Below, in pieces: positions 32,191-43,517 of a stretch of DNA of 64,000 nucleotides. The stretch is from Eutreptiella sp. 'Long Island Sound 2002' (lineage: Eukaryota; Protista; Euglenida). The position numbers were made by a program, and so were the translations under genes. Within the stretch, counting starts at the first letter, position 1, and each line of letters begins with the position of its first letter. A model generated the notes under the pieces. The model saw nothing but the letters and a program-made list of their open reading frames with translations, was not told where the DNA came from and did not search any database. The stretch is from the NCBI GenBank assembly GCA_964036045.1, contig OZ038379.1, positions 27,156,001-27,220,000 on the forward strand, given 5' to 3'.

Positions 32191-34070
32191 CTCATCAGCC
32201 ATGCAAACTGCGTGCGAGGTGATGGAAGAAGTATGGAGCCTGTGTGTGGTGTGTGAGTGCCATGCCAAAGACCCCACCCTTCTGTGCATCAGTTCATGCA
32301 TGTATGCCAGCGTCGCAGCCATGGTGGTGACCATGCGCGTTGGCACCCCCAATATCCTGTCCTTTGCATACCTAAATGCGCTAAGGCCTCAATGGCAGCT
32401 GAAATTGGGCTTCCCCTGGAAGAGTTTTTTGGCTACAACACCACGGCGGGTCACCAACATGTTCATTCGCTTTGTGCAACATCCTCCCCTTCATTTCCAC
32501 GTGGGTGGGGTTTTTGTTGTCGATTTTGGCTTGGATCCAACTGGCCCTTCTTTCTTCGTGTCCATGTAGGGTCGTGTGCCCGGCGATGATATGCGTTGTG
32601 CATCGTGTGCTCTGTAGAATGCCCTAAGACACAGCGCTCACGGTCTAGTGGGTGTCGTTCATTGAGCAGTGCTTACTCCAGGAGCACGTGTTTTCATTAA
32701 GCAATGTTTTCATTAAGCAACCTGTGGATGTGGCTGCGCCGACATGGCATTTGGAGTGCTGGCCGCTACGCCTCATGGCACCCATGTATCTTGGTGCGTG
32801 TAATGAGTATTGTGCTGATCAGGGTGCAAATGGTGCCGCTCTGCACAGCCGCACAGCTTGTGCCTTCACACATCATGTACCTTCAACACCAGGGGCCAGT
32901 GTTGGCAGACAAGGGAGTCCACCAGGGGAGGGGGGACAAGTGAGGAGAAAGGAACAAGATCCCGTGAACCTGGCATTCTATAGGGGCGTGTTAAGCTTCA
33001 CGTCGGATGAGGCCTGCAATGTGGACTTCTCAAGGTACATATGCTGTCTTAGCGAAAGGCACCTATGGCAATGTTGCAGAAGAGCTTTGTGTTCTAGATT
33101 TGTTGCTCTGCAGCCTTGTGCCTGGTACAGGTTGGCATTCAACATTTACACCCCACAATGGGGGGGTATGTGCAGCCGCGTTGGGTGCCGTCGCATTCAG
33201 ATTTTCATGGAAACGAGGAAGCCAATTTTCCAGTAGAATTGGGCTAACATGCACCCCAACAACCTATTGCCACTGTCCAAGTGACGGCGGGTGATAGAGT
33301 GGGGTCCGTTGGGCTTGGAGCCCATGGAGGCCGGGGATGTCGGAGCCCGACACTCAAACGTCATCAAAGGGTTTGTTCAAGGGTTTGTTGTGGGACCGCG
33401 CAGTGATGGTTTTTTCACGGATGTTAGCAATAGCGTGAGGGACAGGGCGCGGGGTCAGCGTCACTGCAAGTGGCGGATACACACTATAGTACGGATGTCA
33501 ATAACAAACGACGGCGGAAGGGCGGGAGCGTAATCAAGAATGCTTCTAACGTGGCCCCAAGGAACGACTGTGACCTGAAACCTACTCTTGGCTTGCGCCT
33601 CACGGTGCCTTGCTGGACTCAGGAACACTTCGTGATGGCGCCTGACGGCACCTTATTGAACAATGTAGACAATGTGTGTCGGCTTTGCCGCGTGATACTT
33701 GAAGTACTAGTGGAATTGTAGAGTGAATATGGAGGGTGACAACCATTGTCAATCTATGGGGGCGCCTTAAGCGCAGTGCGCTTGCAGTGCACGCACAGTG
33801 CAACTATTTGGGTGTTTGGCCATAGTAGAAACCCATACTTTGTGGTACTTTTGGCATCATTGTTTTTTGATAGTAGGTTTTGATGCATTGGGGATGTGGC
33901 ATTTTTGGATGTTCACCCTATTTCACCCATTTCTACTTTTTTGCACACATATTTTCCCATTTCCACCACATCTACTCTTTTTCTCGGTTGATTGATATGG
34001 TGATACACTTTCAGGGTGCCTGCTACGGGACATCATACTTCCCTCCTCATTTCTTAGGCCCACTTTCTCC

Positions 34071-34445
34071 ATGGATCTCAGTATTGGGGATAGGGTGTTC
34101 TACACCCGCTCCAATGGCCTGCAACCTCCTGCCACGGTGGTTGGGACGGCTGAAGACGGACTCCTCCACTTGGAATACTACCAAGATGGGTTGAGAGTGG
34201 TGAATCGGCGATGCAAGATGGAGTCCACCTCCTTTGCCATCCCAAGTTCAGACTCGCCACCTGACTGTGCTCCATCTCCGCCGCCCAACACACAGTCAAG
34301 TTCCCCCCAAAGGCCCTTGGTCCTTCACCCCTGCCACAAGAACCGGGAAGGTCCCCCTCAAGGTCCCCTCCAGTCCAGTTTGGATGGCCTAATTCTAAGG
34401 GTGTTTCCAAGGGGTGTGCCTAGGGGCTCTTCGGGGGGAACATAG
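34071..34445 (+). CDS. Short ORF with SH3/Tudor-like N-terminal pattern and a Pro/Ser-rich tail (probably repeat-derived)
   Basis: LSIGDRVFYTRSNGLQPPATVVGTAEDGLLHLEYYQDG resembles a small beta-barrel (GD.V.......ATV.......Y.DG). Pattern recognition only. Confidence 0.3.
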   Translation: MDLSIGDRVFYTRSNGLQPPATVVGTAEDGLLHLEYYQDGLRVVNRRCKMESTSFAIPSSDSPPDCAPSPPPNTQSSSPQRPLVLHPCHKNREGPPQGPLQSSLDGLILRVFPRGVPRGSSGGT

Positions 34446-35321
34446 TCTAAAAGTAGCGTGCAATGTGCGCGCAGTGCGCCCGCACTGCAAGGATTCCCCG
34501 TATGGCCAAGCTACAACTTGTCCTGCATTGATTTGGGACCTAATTTTAATTCGGCCCCGAGCGTTAAAAAATGAAGAAAGAATATTGATAGGCGTGGGTT
34601 TTCGGTCATTTGCTGCGACTCGTTGCTTCTGCGGCGATTTGATTGAAATTCTTCCACCCATTGGTTGGGCTTGTTATGAACCATGCAGCCATCCTCGTGT
34701 CCAGCATTTGACTGCAACATGACATGCTTCATTTTCAGCCGATAGACAAGTATTCTGCACTCCATGAACGGGGGGTCCAATTGTTTCAAATGAAATATGA
34801 TAGGTGCGCGGGTGCTCCCTCAAAATTGCTGTAATTATGCAGCTTTGCATTGATGCCATGTTACACAGTCTTTTTGTGGCTTTGGGATAAGGGACGCCAT
34901 GCATGCGACATAGCAATTGTGTTGTTGGTGTTTTTATGTGCCATGCGCAAGTTACCTCGACAAGAGTGTGTGTGGGGGGGGGGGGTAGATGAATGTCTGA
35001 ATGCACTAAAGCCATGGCACTGCCTCCATGCCTTCACAGGGCATGCCAAAGGGCAAGACATTTTGCAAGTGTGGATTTTCTTGTTTCTTTTGGCTTTGCT
35101 TGGGAAAATACTTAGCCTTCCAGTTGGAAGGCGGTTGGGACCTAGAATCCAACCCCCCCCCCCCCTCTTCAACAGACGAGTCTAGTGGGTCAACTCACCC
35201 CCGCAAAGGCCTGACATATAGTACCGGTGTGGTTTCAATTGGTCAAGCACTCCACCAGACCAGATGGTGCGAGCACTGGGTTTGTAAGGATTAAGTTGCA
35301 GGGGGGGGGGGGGGGCTCTGG

Positions 35322-36589
35322 GTGGGTGGGTCTAGCCGAATGTTGCTACCCTTGCCGTTCCACTCCTGCCTTCTCTCTTTCTGTCATATATTTCTGCCGC
35401 TGTATGCCGTTGATCTTCCCATCAGCCACTCTTTGTGGCGTGCCTTGGGTGTGACACACACATTTTTGGTGCACCTCATCGCCGAGTTCAGTGAGCAAGG
35501 GTGCACAAACACCCTCTACTTCCATGGCTTTAGCCACGTGTGGTTCGGAGACCGGCTCCCCATCCAATTCGGCGATGAGGCTGGGGAGGCGGATCTCCGC
35601 ATGGCCAAAAGGTTTGCCCCCGTGACCAGCACAGAGCCAACAGCATCCAAGTTGAGGACGGTTGGAGGCATGAGCTGTACACGAAGTTTTGCAAGGCCAA
35701 GACCAAGGGGCGGGGTGTTGCATTTTGGCGCTCTGTATGGCGGCCTTTAGTACTTGAGCAATGTGTAGTTGGAGGTTATGCCGTGTGGCAGAAAATTTTT
35801 CTTCGGCTGGTGAACACCTTGGTGCAGGTACTTGATAGCACTTTGCTCATGCATTCTGCGACATAGTCAGTGAGACTGGGGTACACTGGTGCTGCACAAG
35901 ATGCAACCGATGTGTACTACATTTGTGGGCAGTGTGGATCCATGCGTAGCGGACCACGCGAATGGGTGCGGTTCGACCTGTCAGTTGTGTCAGCGTGGCC
36001 CACCCTTGGCCCACAGAGGCGGAAGGGTGCTAAGGCCAGGAAGGAGGTCGACCGACCGCGGGGGCCTCTTTTTGTGCCACCGTCGGTTGAGATAGTTGCC
36101 GACCCCAACCCTATAGACTCCGATGCTTCCTTCCAAGCGGAGGTGGCTGATGCGCCTTCCCGTGTCCAGCCTCCGCGGGCAGCCAAGCTCAGGCGCGTGG
36201 CAATTGTTGAGGCATCGGACTCTGGGCAGGCGTCCAACAGCACAGGTAGCAGCAGCAGCAGTGGCAATAGTAGTAGCAGCGACAGTGATAGTGGTGGTGC
36301 CAGTGACGGCAGTGAGGCATCGAGGGACAGCAGTGCTTGCACGAGTAGTGCTGTCGAGGTAAGTAGTGTTGACAGCACCAGCAGTACTGAAGTTGAGGCA
36401 GCCCGTGCTCCTCCAACTCCCAAGAAAAAGTTTCGCCGATCGGCAGTGCGTGGCACTCAACCGGCCGTCTCTGCAGCCATTGATGTGCATGCAGACCCCA
36501 GTTCTGCCCCACCACCCCACTTGTTGAGTGAGGGTGATTTCTTTCCCACGGACACAGAGGTGGCACTGCAAGTAAAGAAGGAATCGTGA
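35322..36589 (+). pseudogene. Degenerate coding region with a RAG1/Transib-like YFH..HV..E..E motif followed by CxxC and a Ser-rich tract
   Basis: TNTLYFHGFSHVWFGDRLPIQFGDEAGEADLRMAKRF (35505-35615); YYICGQCGS (~35914-35940); poly-Ser tract ~36230-36380. Frame changes lie between the segments. Confidence 0.3.
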
Positions 36590-37235
36590 ACTAACCATGG
36601 CCGTGCCATTGACCCTAATCACAACCCGGATTGACCGTGACCGTGACCCTGACTGAACAGCGACATTCACGATGGAGGGCTAACCTGCTAACCAAGCTAA
36701 CCGGGGGGATGGGGGGGGGGGGACCCGGTGCTCCGTGAGTCTGTCCCACGATCGGGGACATGTGATTGGCCACGCGTGCCCTTGGTAGCCGGGGCAGCTT
36801 CCCTTTGGGGAGTGGCAAAGCACTGTACATATTACTCAGGAGGGTCCATTATACCGGAAATTTTCGGTTTTTTGGGTTTTTGTGAAATTGTGCATCGAAA
36901 AAGTGTTTCCTAGAAGAAAGTAGCCGGCGCCCTAACGGGAGCCCGGAAATAGCCTGCTTTTTGCGTCCCAAAGCAGCCCCCAATGTCGGGTCTGATATGT
37001 GGGCCGGCTTTGGACCCCAGACCGAAAAGCTGGCAGTCCGTGTCGGTCCCCGAATCCGTGGACGAAACGCAACCCTGGAAAAAAATTGGGGGCGGGGAGC
37101 GTTGCGCTTATCCGGAGGATGATGACATTCTATGCTAGGCGTCTATGCTACATGTGGAGGTAGGTGGGGGGTAGGGGGAGTGGGTGTGGGTGGCAGGTGG
37201 GGGGGTAGGGGGGGTGGGGGATGTTGGGGATATGG

Positions 37236-37325
37236 TCTCCCACACTTTGGTGTGGCCCCTTGAGTTGGAGATATGGACTCCCACACTTCAGTGTGGCCCC
37301 TTGAGTTGGGGATATGGACTCCACG
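37236..37325. repeat. Two copies of a ~42-bp unit with core gtggccccttgagttgg
   Basis: cccacact(ttgg/tcag)tgtggccccttgagttgg(a/g)gatatggact twice. Confidence 0.85.
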
Positions 37326-37902
37326 GGGGGCCGTTGCCGGCTAGGACCGGACTCAAGGGGAGGGCGGGGACCGCCCCCCCTCTACGGGCCCCAAATTGGT
37401 CGTATGGAACAATGGGTTTTGTGGGTGCCAAAGGCGCCGGAGATTTTGCTTAGGCATACGTGTTTGTGGTCCTTTGAGTTTGGCTGGTTGGGTGCTACGC
37501 TGCACGGGCACCCTTGAACCATGTTGGGCCCGTGGCTCCAACATATCGTCACAAAACCACAAAATGATGTGTTTTTTTCATGCTAAATCCATTCGTCTTG
37601 GTTTTGGGTACTAACTCAATGATATGCCGAGGATATTCAAGATTCATTGCCGATTCGGGCACTTGAGAATCTGTTGAACTCAGCTTGACAAAACTTGTTG
37701 CAGCGTGCAAAAGTCCTTTGCGTGCCAGATCAGGCAAGCCAAGTGCGAAACAGATATTGTTTGTTGCTCATTGAAGATCCCGCCCTTGCGCTCAGCCCTG
37801 GCTTGGTGTGGCGGTGCTCCAAAGGCAAACGCCGGTGGTTACATAGTGCGTTCACACTGTCCTTATGCTCCTCGATTGTTGGGGCTAAGGACACCCACAC
37901 CC

Positions 37903-38072
37903 ACACCCACAATTTGGTGTGGCCCCTTGAGTTGGGGTGATGAACTCCCACACACTTTGTGTGGCCCCTTGAGTTGGAGTGATGGACTCCCAGACTTCAG
38001 TGTGGCCCCTGAAGTTGGGGATGGGGTGATGGACTCCCACACTTCGGTATGGCCCCTCAAGTTGGGGTGATG
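37903..38072. repeat. About four copies of a 42-48-bp unit with core tggcccct(t)(g/c)aagttgg/gagttgg
   Basis: gtgtggccccttgagttggggtgatg(a/g)actccca recurs at ~37917, ~37960, ~38001 and ~38048. Confidence 0.85.
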
Positions 38073-41000
38073 GCCTCCCACACGCCTGCTCCAAGGTGCA
38101 GCAATGCTCACCTGAACTGCATTCTGTCCCTGCTGCCCTGTCTCTGTGCCATGGTGTGTGTGGACGTCGCTTGTGCAAGTAGTGCGAGGGTTTGTTTCAG
38201 ATACGTTTTGGTCCCTGCGCTGTTTGCACAAAGGGAGGGGGGGGCTCCTGCGGGCTCAAAATGCTCTTTTGCGCGTGTTCAGAATTGGGGTTTTGTCGTA
38301 TTGTAGTCGCACGCATTGGGGACTGGGAGGGCACCTTGTCAGCAATTGGCAGGGGGCGATGTGTAAACGCTGCACGGGAAAGCGGTCTGGGGCCGGCACG
38401 TGGGGCACCATGCGTTTTTCATGCCTGACTTGTGTTGGACCAGGTATGCCTTTTGCAGAATGGGTGCAGCTGGTCAGAGACGTAGCTTTTGCATGTACAT
38501 GAGGTATTGCATTTCCTGGAGACCAGCCATTGTTCTGAGCCATGAAGGTGCATCTTTTGTCAATTGCCATTAAGCTGCTGTCAATTAGCCTCTGGCGCTG
38601 AGCCATGGTGTGCGTCAGGGCAATGTGGCATTCGCCTGTGTGGATGCTCGTCTTTCCGCGTCGCGTCGTGTGCGCATCCGGTTTTTTTCACATCCTCAGG
38701 TTCTTTCGGATTATGTGCCAAGGCACATCTGCCGAGAATTGCTGGTATTTTCACATCAATGGTTGTGAGGTTTGCCTCTCTTTCATCACCATTTGTCTCT
38801 CTGTCACGCATCTTGCGTAGCCTCGTTTGTCAAGCCGTAGTGGGGTATCTTTCAGGAGTACTTGCCTCTCTTGGAGCCAATTGATCAGGTCGAAAAATTA
38901 CCCCCCTCCCCCCATACGCACCAGACCATTTGTTTGTCTGTTTGCTGGCTTGCTGTGTGCCCTGTACTGTGTCGTGCGTTGTGTACCGACATCGGCTGTG
39001 TTGTCCCCTGGTACATGCTCGCGGGTTTTTTTCGCAGCCGTTCCTTGTCCGGCGCATTTTGCAGATGTACGGCAGCCTGGTGGTGTCTGGTGTAGGCGAT
39101 AGCCTCTCCGTGGTGCCGTCGCAGCCAATCCTTCGCGAGACTTCGAAGGCGGACAAGATTTTGGACACAATGGACAGCGAACCAGAAAACACGAACGAGG
39201 AAAGCTCGTGTTCACTCAGTTTGTTTGGAGTCTGGTAGGACCATCCCGCGGATGATGCATCGGCGTTGATTGATGACGAGCAGCTCAGCATTAGGCAGCT
39301 GACGATGTACTAGCTGTTTCTGCCAGCACTGTTTCGAAGGACAGCTGTTTGGAACTGTTGCATCTGGAGTAGTAGTTAACGATGAACCGTCCGCAGTTGC
39401 GTGCAACTGACGGCAGTTGGTGCTGAAGAGCCTGTGGTCTGTATTGCAGGGGCATGTGACAATCACCTGACGTGTCGTTGGCAGACAACTGCGGCCAGTT
39501 ACTCACTGCTAGGGATTCACTATGGTCAGCTGCTGGTAACATCGTACACGTGAGCGGCACGCAGGCGGTAGTCTCAGGCGAAAAATACGAATTTCTCTCT
39601 CTTTCTCATATTCATTTCCCCACAGCACGTACCCACGACGTTTCTTGTAAGCCTCTGCGTAAGGTGCAGACCACGTCTCTCATTTTGCCTTTTCGTTCGG
39701 GCAAAGGTCACGGCACTGTTCAAAAGAGCGTGGCTTTATCTGATCGATTAAGACATACACGACTCCAGTGCACTCTGTTGCGCGCTGTGACCGGACCTGT
39801 ATCGGGCTTCATGGGTCATATTGTTCCCCAAGGGATGGGGTGGATCAAACCACTACGAGTGCCAAAAAATGAAATAACGCAAGCAGTAGCATTCCCGCAT
39901 GCCCTGTATGTCCCACACATGGCAGAGCGTCGGTGATGTGCCGTGATGTTGTGCCATCGTACAATCAGCTACTTGTCGTGCTGGATCCCCTCCTGCTCGC
40001 TGCCCTGTAGGCAAATGTGTTCCTGCCCAACTAGTACACCTTGTTTCCCGGTGCTGTACCAGCCACTGCTCTCTCGCCTCTCCTCTCCGACCTCTTAACC
40101 CCCTGAACCCCAAACAAGCTCTCAGAACGCCGTCTATGCCAGAAGCCTCTCATTCCAGCACCTCCACACCAGCAGCAACCTCCACATGCCGTATCCATCC
40201 AAAAGTGCCGCCCGGATATAATGGTAGGTTGGAATTCACAGTATGACCCTGCAACCAATGCCTGCAACACATTAACAATCTGCTCTTGAATACCCGAAAA
40301 TAGGAGCCAAACGTCTGGTGTTATGCATTGTTCTTCTTGTGAAGGTGGAGCGCTTCCGTGCCACGGCTGGGGACAGGGCTAACTAAGCAAGGATCTCAGA
40401 CAGCTTGCCGCGTGTTCCCCGTTGGTGATACGCCGCATGATAAACCGAAATATCTGTATGGTGCACCACCATCCTTCCCCTCCTTGTCAAGATCTGGCCC
40501 TAAAATTCGAACGCTCGTTCCACCTTGTGTAACTGTGAAGAACTCTGTTGAATTCTTAAATTTCAGACTAAGTTCTAAATTTCAGAGATGTTTTTCTTGA
40601 TTTTGTTTCAGTGTGGCAGCTTGTACAACAATCCCATTCCGGAACTGTCTGCAATTTCTTGGTTACAGGTGTTCTGTGCAGTGCACTGGTATTGCATTGC
40701 ACTGAGAAGGGGATGATTGATCTGCCACAGGCACGTGTGTCCACAATCCCATGCACACCAGTAGCACACAGTCAGAGACAGCCAGTCACAAGTTGAGAGT
40801 CTTCAATTGATGTGCAGCCATTTTCAGGAGAAGTGGGGGTGGATACGCAGAAAATACGCAGAAAATATGCGTAAACTGCAGGACAGCGATTAGTGAACAG
40901 AACAACATACATTTAGTCAGTTCTAAGAATACTGCACATTGAGGGCCAAATCCACTCCCCCCCATCATCATCTTTTTGGTTGCATCAACAGTGGTCCACA

Positions 41001-42449
41001 CATGAGGGGGAACATGTTCCCATGTCCATGGCAACAGACCTGCCTCCAAATGCGAAATGGTGTAAAGTGCAACAAAATGTGCACCAATTGATACCACACT
41101 GCAACACCAGATGTAGGCACCAAAAATCCTGCGGCATTGAATTCAGAGTGTTGGCATGAAACTGTGCGCCTCCTCGTTTCAAACTCCCCAAACCCCCCCC
41201 CCCCCGTGTGCCTCCATAGCGCCCCCCGTGCGCCTTGGTAGCGCAACCCCCCCCCCCAGGAGGGGCACATGGGTAAACAGAGTGGCATTCGGTGTGTAAT
41301 GTGCGCCAACCATCCCCACACTATGGCTCGCTACGCTAGACGGGGGGGGCTAGCCCCCGCAACCCCCCTTCAGATAACAAGACGTCTGGAGTGGCTATGG
41401 ACCGCCTTGTGTTTGCACTGCAATTTCCATGGTCGGCGGGTAAACGGGAACAGCACACAGGTAAACGGGGTGGCATTCGGTGTGCAATGACCCCCCCCCC
41501 CCCCCCCTCCGCGCTTCCCCAGGCACCTGCCAGGCGCACCCCCCACCAAAGGGAGTATGGACGTGGACCGAGGCCCACGTCGGAAACCCCTCCCTGCGAG
41601 CTCAGGGCATGGGAGGGTACAAACACAGGCCAGCTGTGAGGTGTGCCCCACCGCACGACGCCGTGGGCATCGGGACACACAACCACCGACCCACAGGATA
41701 CGCCGGGGCAGCGCCTACCCGGGGGCCCCACAGCACGTCAAGAAGAACGCATACTGAGCACAAGCCGGTCACACAGGCCAACACATACCGGAAGAGGAGA
41801 GACACATGGCCCAACACCCCCTCCCCTTCCCTGCCCTGAGCGGTGGATATGCTGGCGACGACCGGCGTAGGGAAGGGACGCGAGACACGAGCGCTGCGCA
41901 CACAGCAACTGACACCATGCGTCATGCCTGCACAAGTGACCGCTTTGTGGGCACGAGAGTCACATGTCACACGCGCTTACAGCCACACACTACAGGTCTC
42001 TCCAACCTTCTCCACATACATACTTGCTATGACGTGTCCATACCAGGTACCTCCTCCCTCCTTTTCTTCGCGTCAGAGGTGCACTTCGACCATTGGGGGC
42101 TCCACGCCCGCCATGCGGCGACCCTCCCTCCTAGGGGCCCGAGTGACCTGTGAAAGGGAGCGTCCTTGTCACAGTGTTTGTCACCCCGATGCAGCCGGCC
42201 TGACTTCATCCTCCCAGAGTCCTTATCAGCTTTGGCATCATGCCCGCGCCTTCAGAGCTGCCAGGCGCGTCCCATCCTCCCTCCGATAAGCGCAAACGGT
42301 CCGCGAGCGGATAGGCTACCCGCAAAGCTGGGGACGCTCGGCGTCGAGCGGAGTACGTCAAGAGCAAACAGGCCCTGGAGAGCCCCAGCTATACGCTGGA
42401 AGTGCTTTATGACCTTCTTGCGAGGCATAACGGCGCGAGAATGCTTGAT

Positions 42450-42795
42450 GGCAAAATGAAATTTTGAACGCTGAGTAATTTGCCATTGGTGTGACTGAAG
42501 GTCTCCTCTAGGTCAACCGGTGAAATGCAAGAGGGCTCCACGTGCAAAGAAAAGCACATGTGAAATCAATACATGTTTCGGGCACAGCTGCCCCTCATCA
42601 ATTCTGAACGTGCGAACAATAAGCAAAATGTCACCAATGGACTGAGAAATCAATAAGCACACAAAGGTGACAAAAAATAGAAACAAGAAGCGATGGTGAC
42701 TAGCGCCGTGGAGCGCGCTGTGGGCGCGCGTCCGTCCTCGTGTGTGACTCCTGATCCAAAATATATCGAAACAAATACAGCCTGAAATTTTCGAA
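42450..42795 (-). repeat. Repeat A, left copy (inverted relative to 46561-47130)
   Basis: Reverse complement is near-identical to 46561-46895 joined to 47119-47130 (ttcgaaaatttcaggctgtatttg ... ccaatggcaaattac(a/t)cagcgttcaaaatttcattttgcc). Confidence 0.95.
42567..42605 (-). ncRNA. Minimal type-I hammerhead-ribozyme-like motif (left copy)
   Basis: The minus strand reads agaa-TTGATGA-GGGGCA-GCTG-TGCCC-GAAA-CATGT-A-ttga, the same core as the right copy. Confidence 0.4.
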
Positions 42796-42839
42796 TTTTT
42801 TTTCCCGAAAATTTTCGAAAATTTTCGAAAATTTCAGGC

Positions 42840-43296
42840 GGTTAGGAAGGCACAACAGACGCAGCACAAGACCCCACCGGAGGCGTTCCCCCCCTTACGA
42901 CCGGGGCCGCTGATGGCAGTCTGGCCACCGCGCAAGGCGGGGATGTAGAGAGGGAGGTTCAGCCCTCAGTGGCGTCACATGTATGCACTCACCGGCGCGC
43001 AGCAAAGGTGTGCCACCCGGCCCGTTACGCAGCAGGACACTGAACACATGCAGAGATGAGGAGGGTTAGAGGCCGGCGAAAGTGTGTGCCATCATTGCGG
43101 GGCAAAGTGTGTGTGTCCAGAACCGGCTGACGACGCTTGCGCTGTCGTTGTTGGGAAAGGCGAGCACCAACTTCCCGAATGAGCAGGGTTTTCCTCGCAA
43201 GACGAACCGTTGCTGTGTGGTGGCGAAGATGGTGAAGGTGACACTGAAGAAAGGGTCCGGGGCCCTTGTGCCGTCGAGTTGCAGTCTCCACAGATC
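42840..43296 (-). repeat. Repeat B, left copy (inverted relative to 47131-47588)
   Basis: Reverse complement is near-identical to 47131-47588 (gatctgtggagactgcaactcg ... gtgccttcctaacc). It overlaps minus-strand ORF 43066-43479. Confidence 0.95.
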
Positions 43297-43517
43297 AGAC
43301 GACCAGTGGTGTCCTGTCGGCTTATCCCGGTCTATCCGCATGACCACCGCCGCCGGCAACTTCAGGCGCAGACGCCTTACCAGCCACCCTCTGAACCTTT
43401 CAAACGCCGTCGCCGCATGCTTCTCCTGTACGGGGGACGCCAAGTGCACTTGCAACTGGAGATGAGAACAACAAACCACGCTGTGGACGCCCTAAACATC
43501 AATGGGACCTACGGGAT

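Noticed and set aside
38177-38230. tttcAG|ATACGTTTTGGTC as the next exon of the HECTD1-like domain (GF-R-YVLV)
   Set aside because: The phase fits, but the peptide (YVLVPALFAQREGG) does not resemble the expected RI.Q.G.N continuation.
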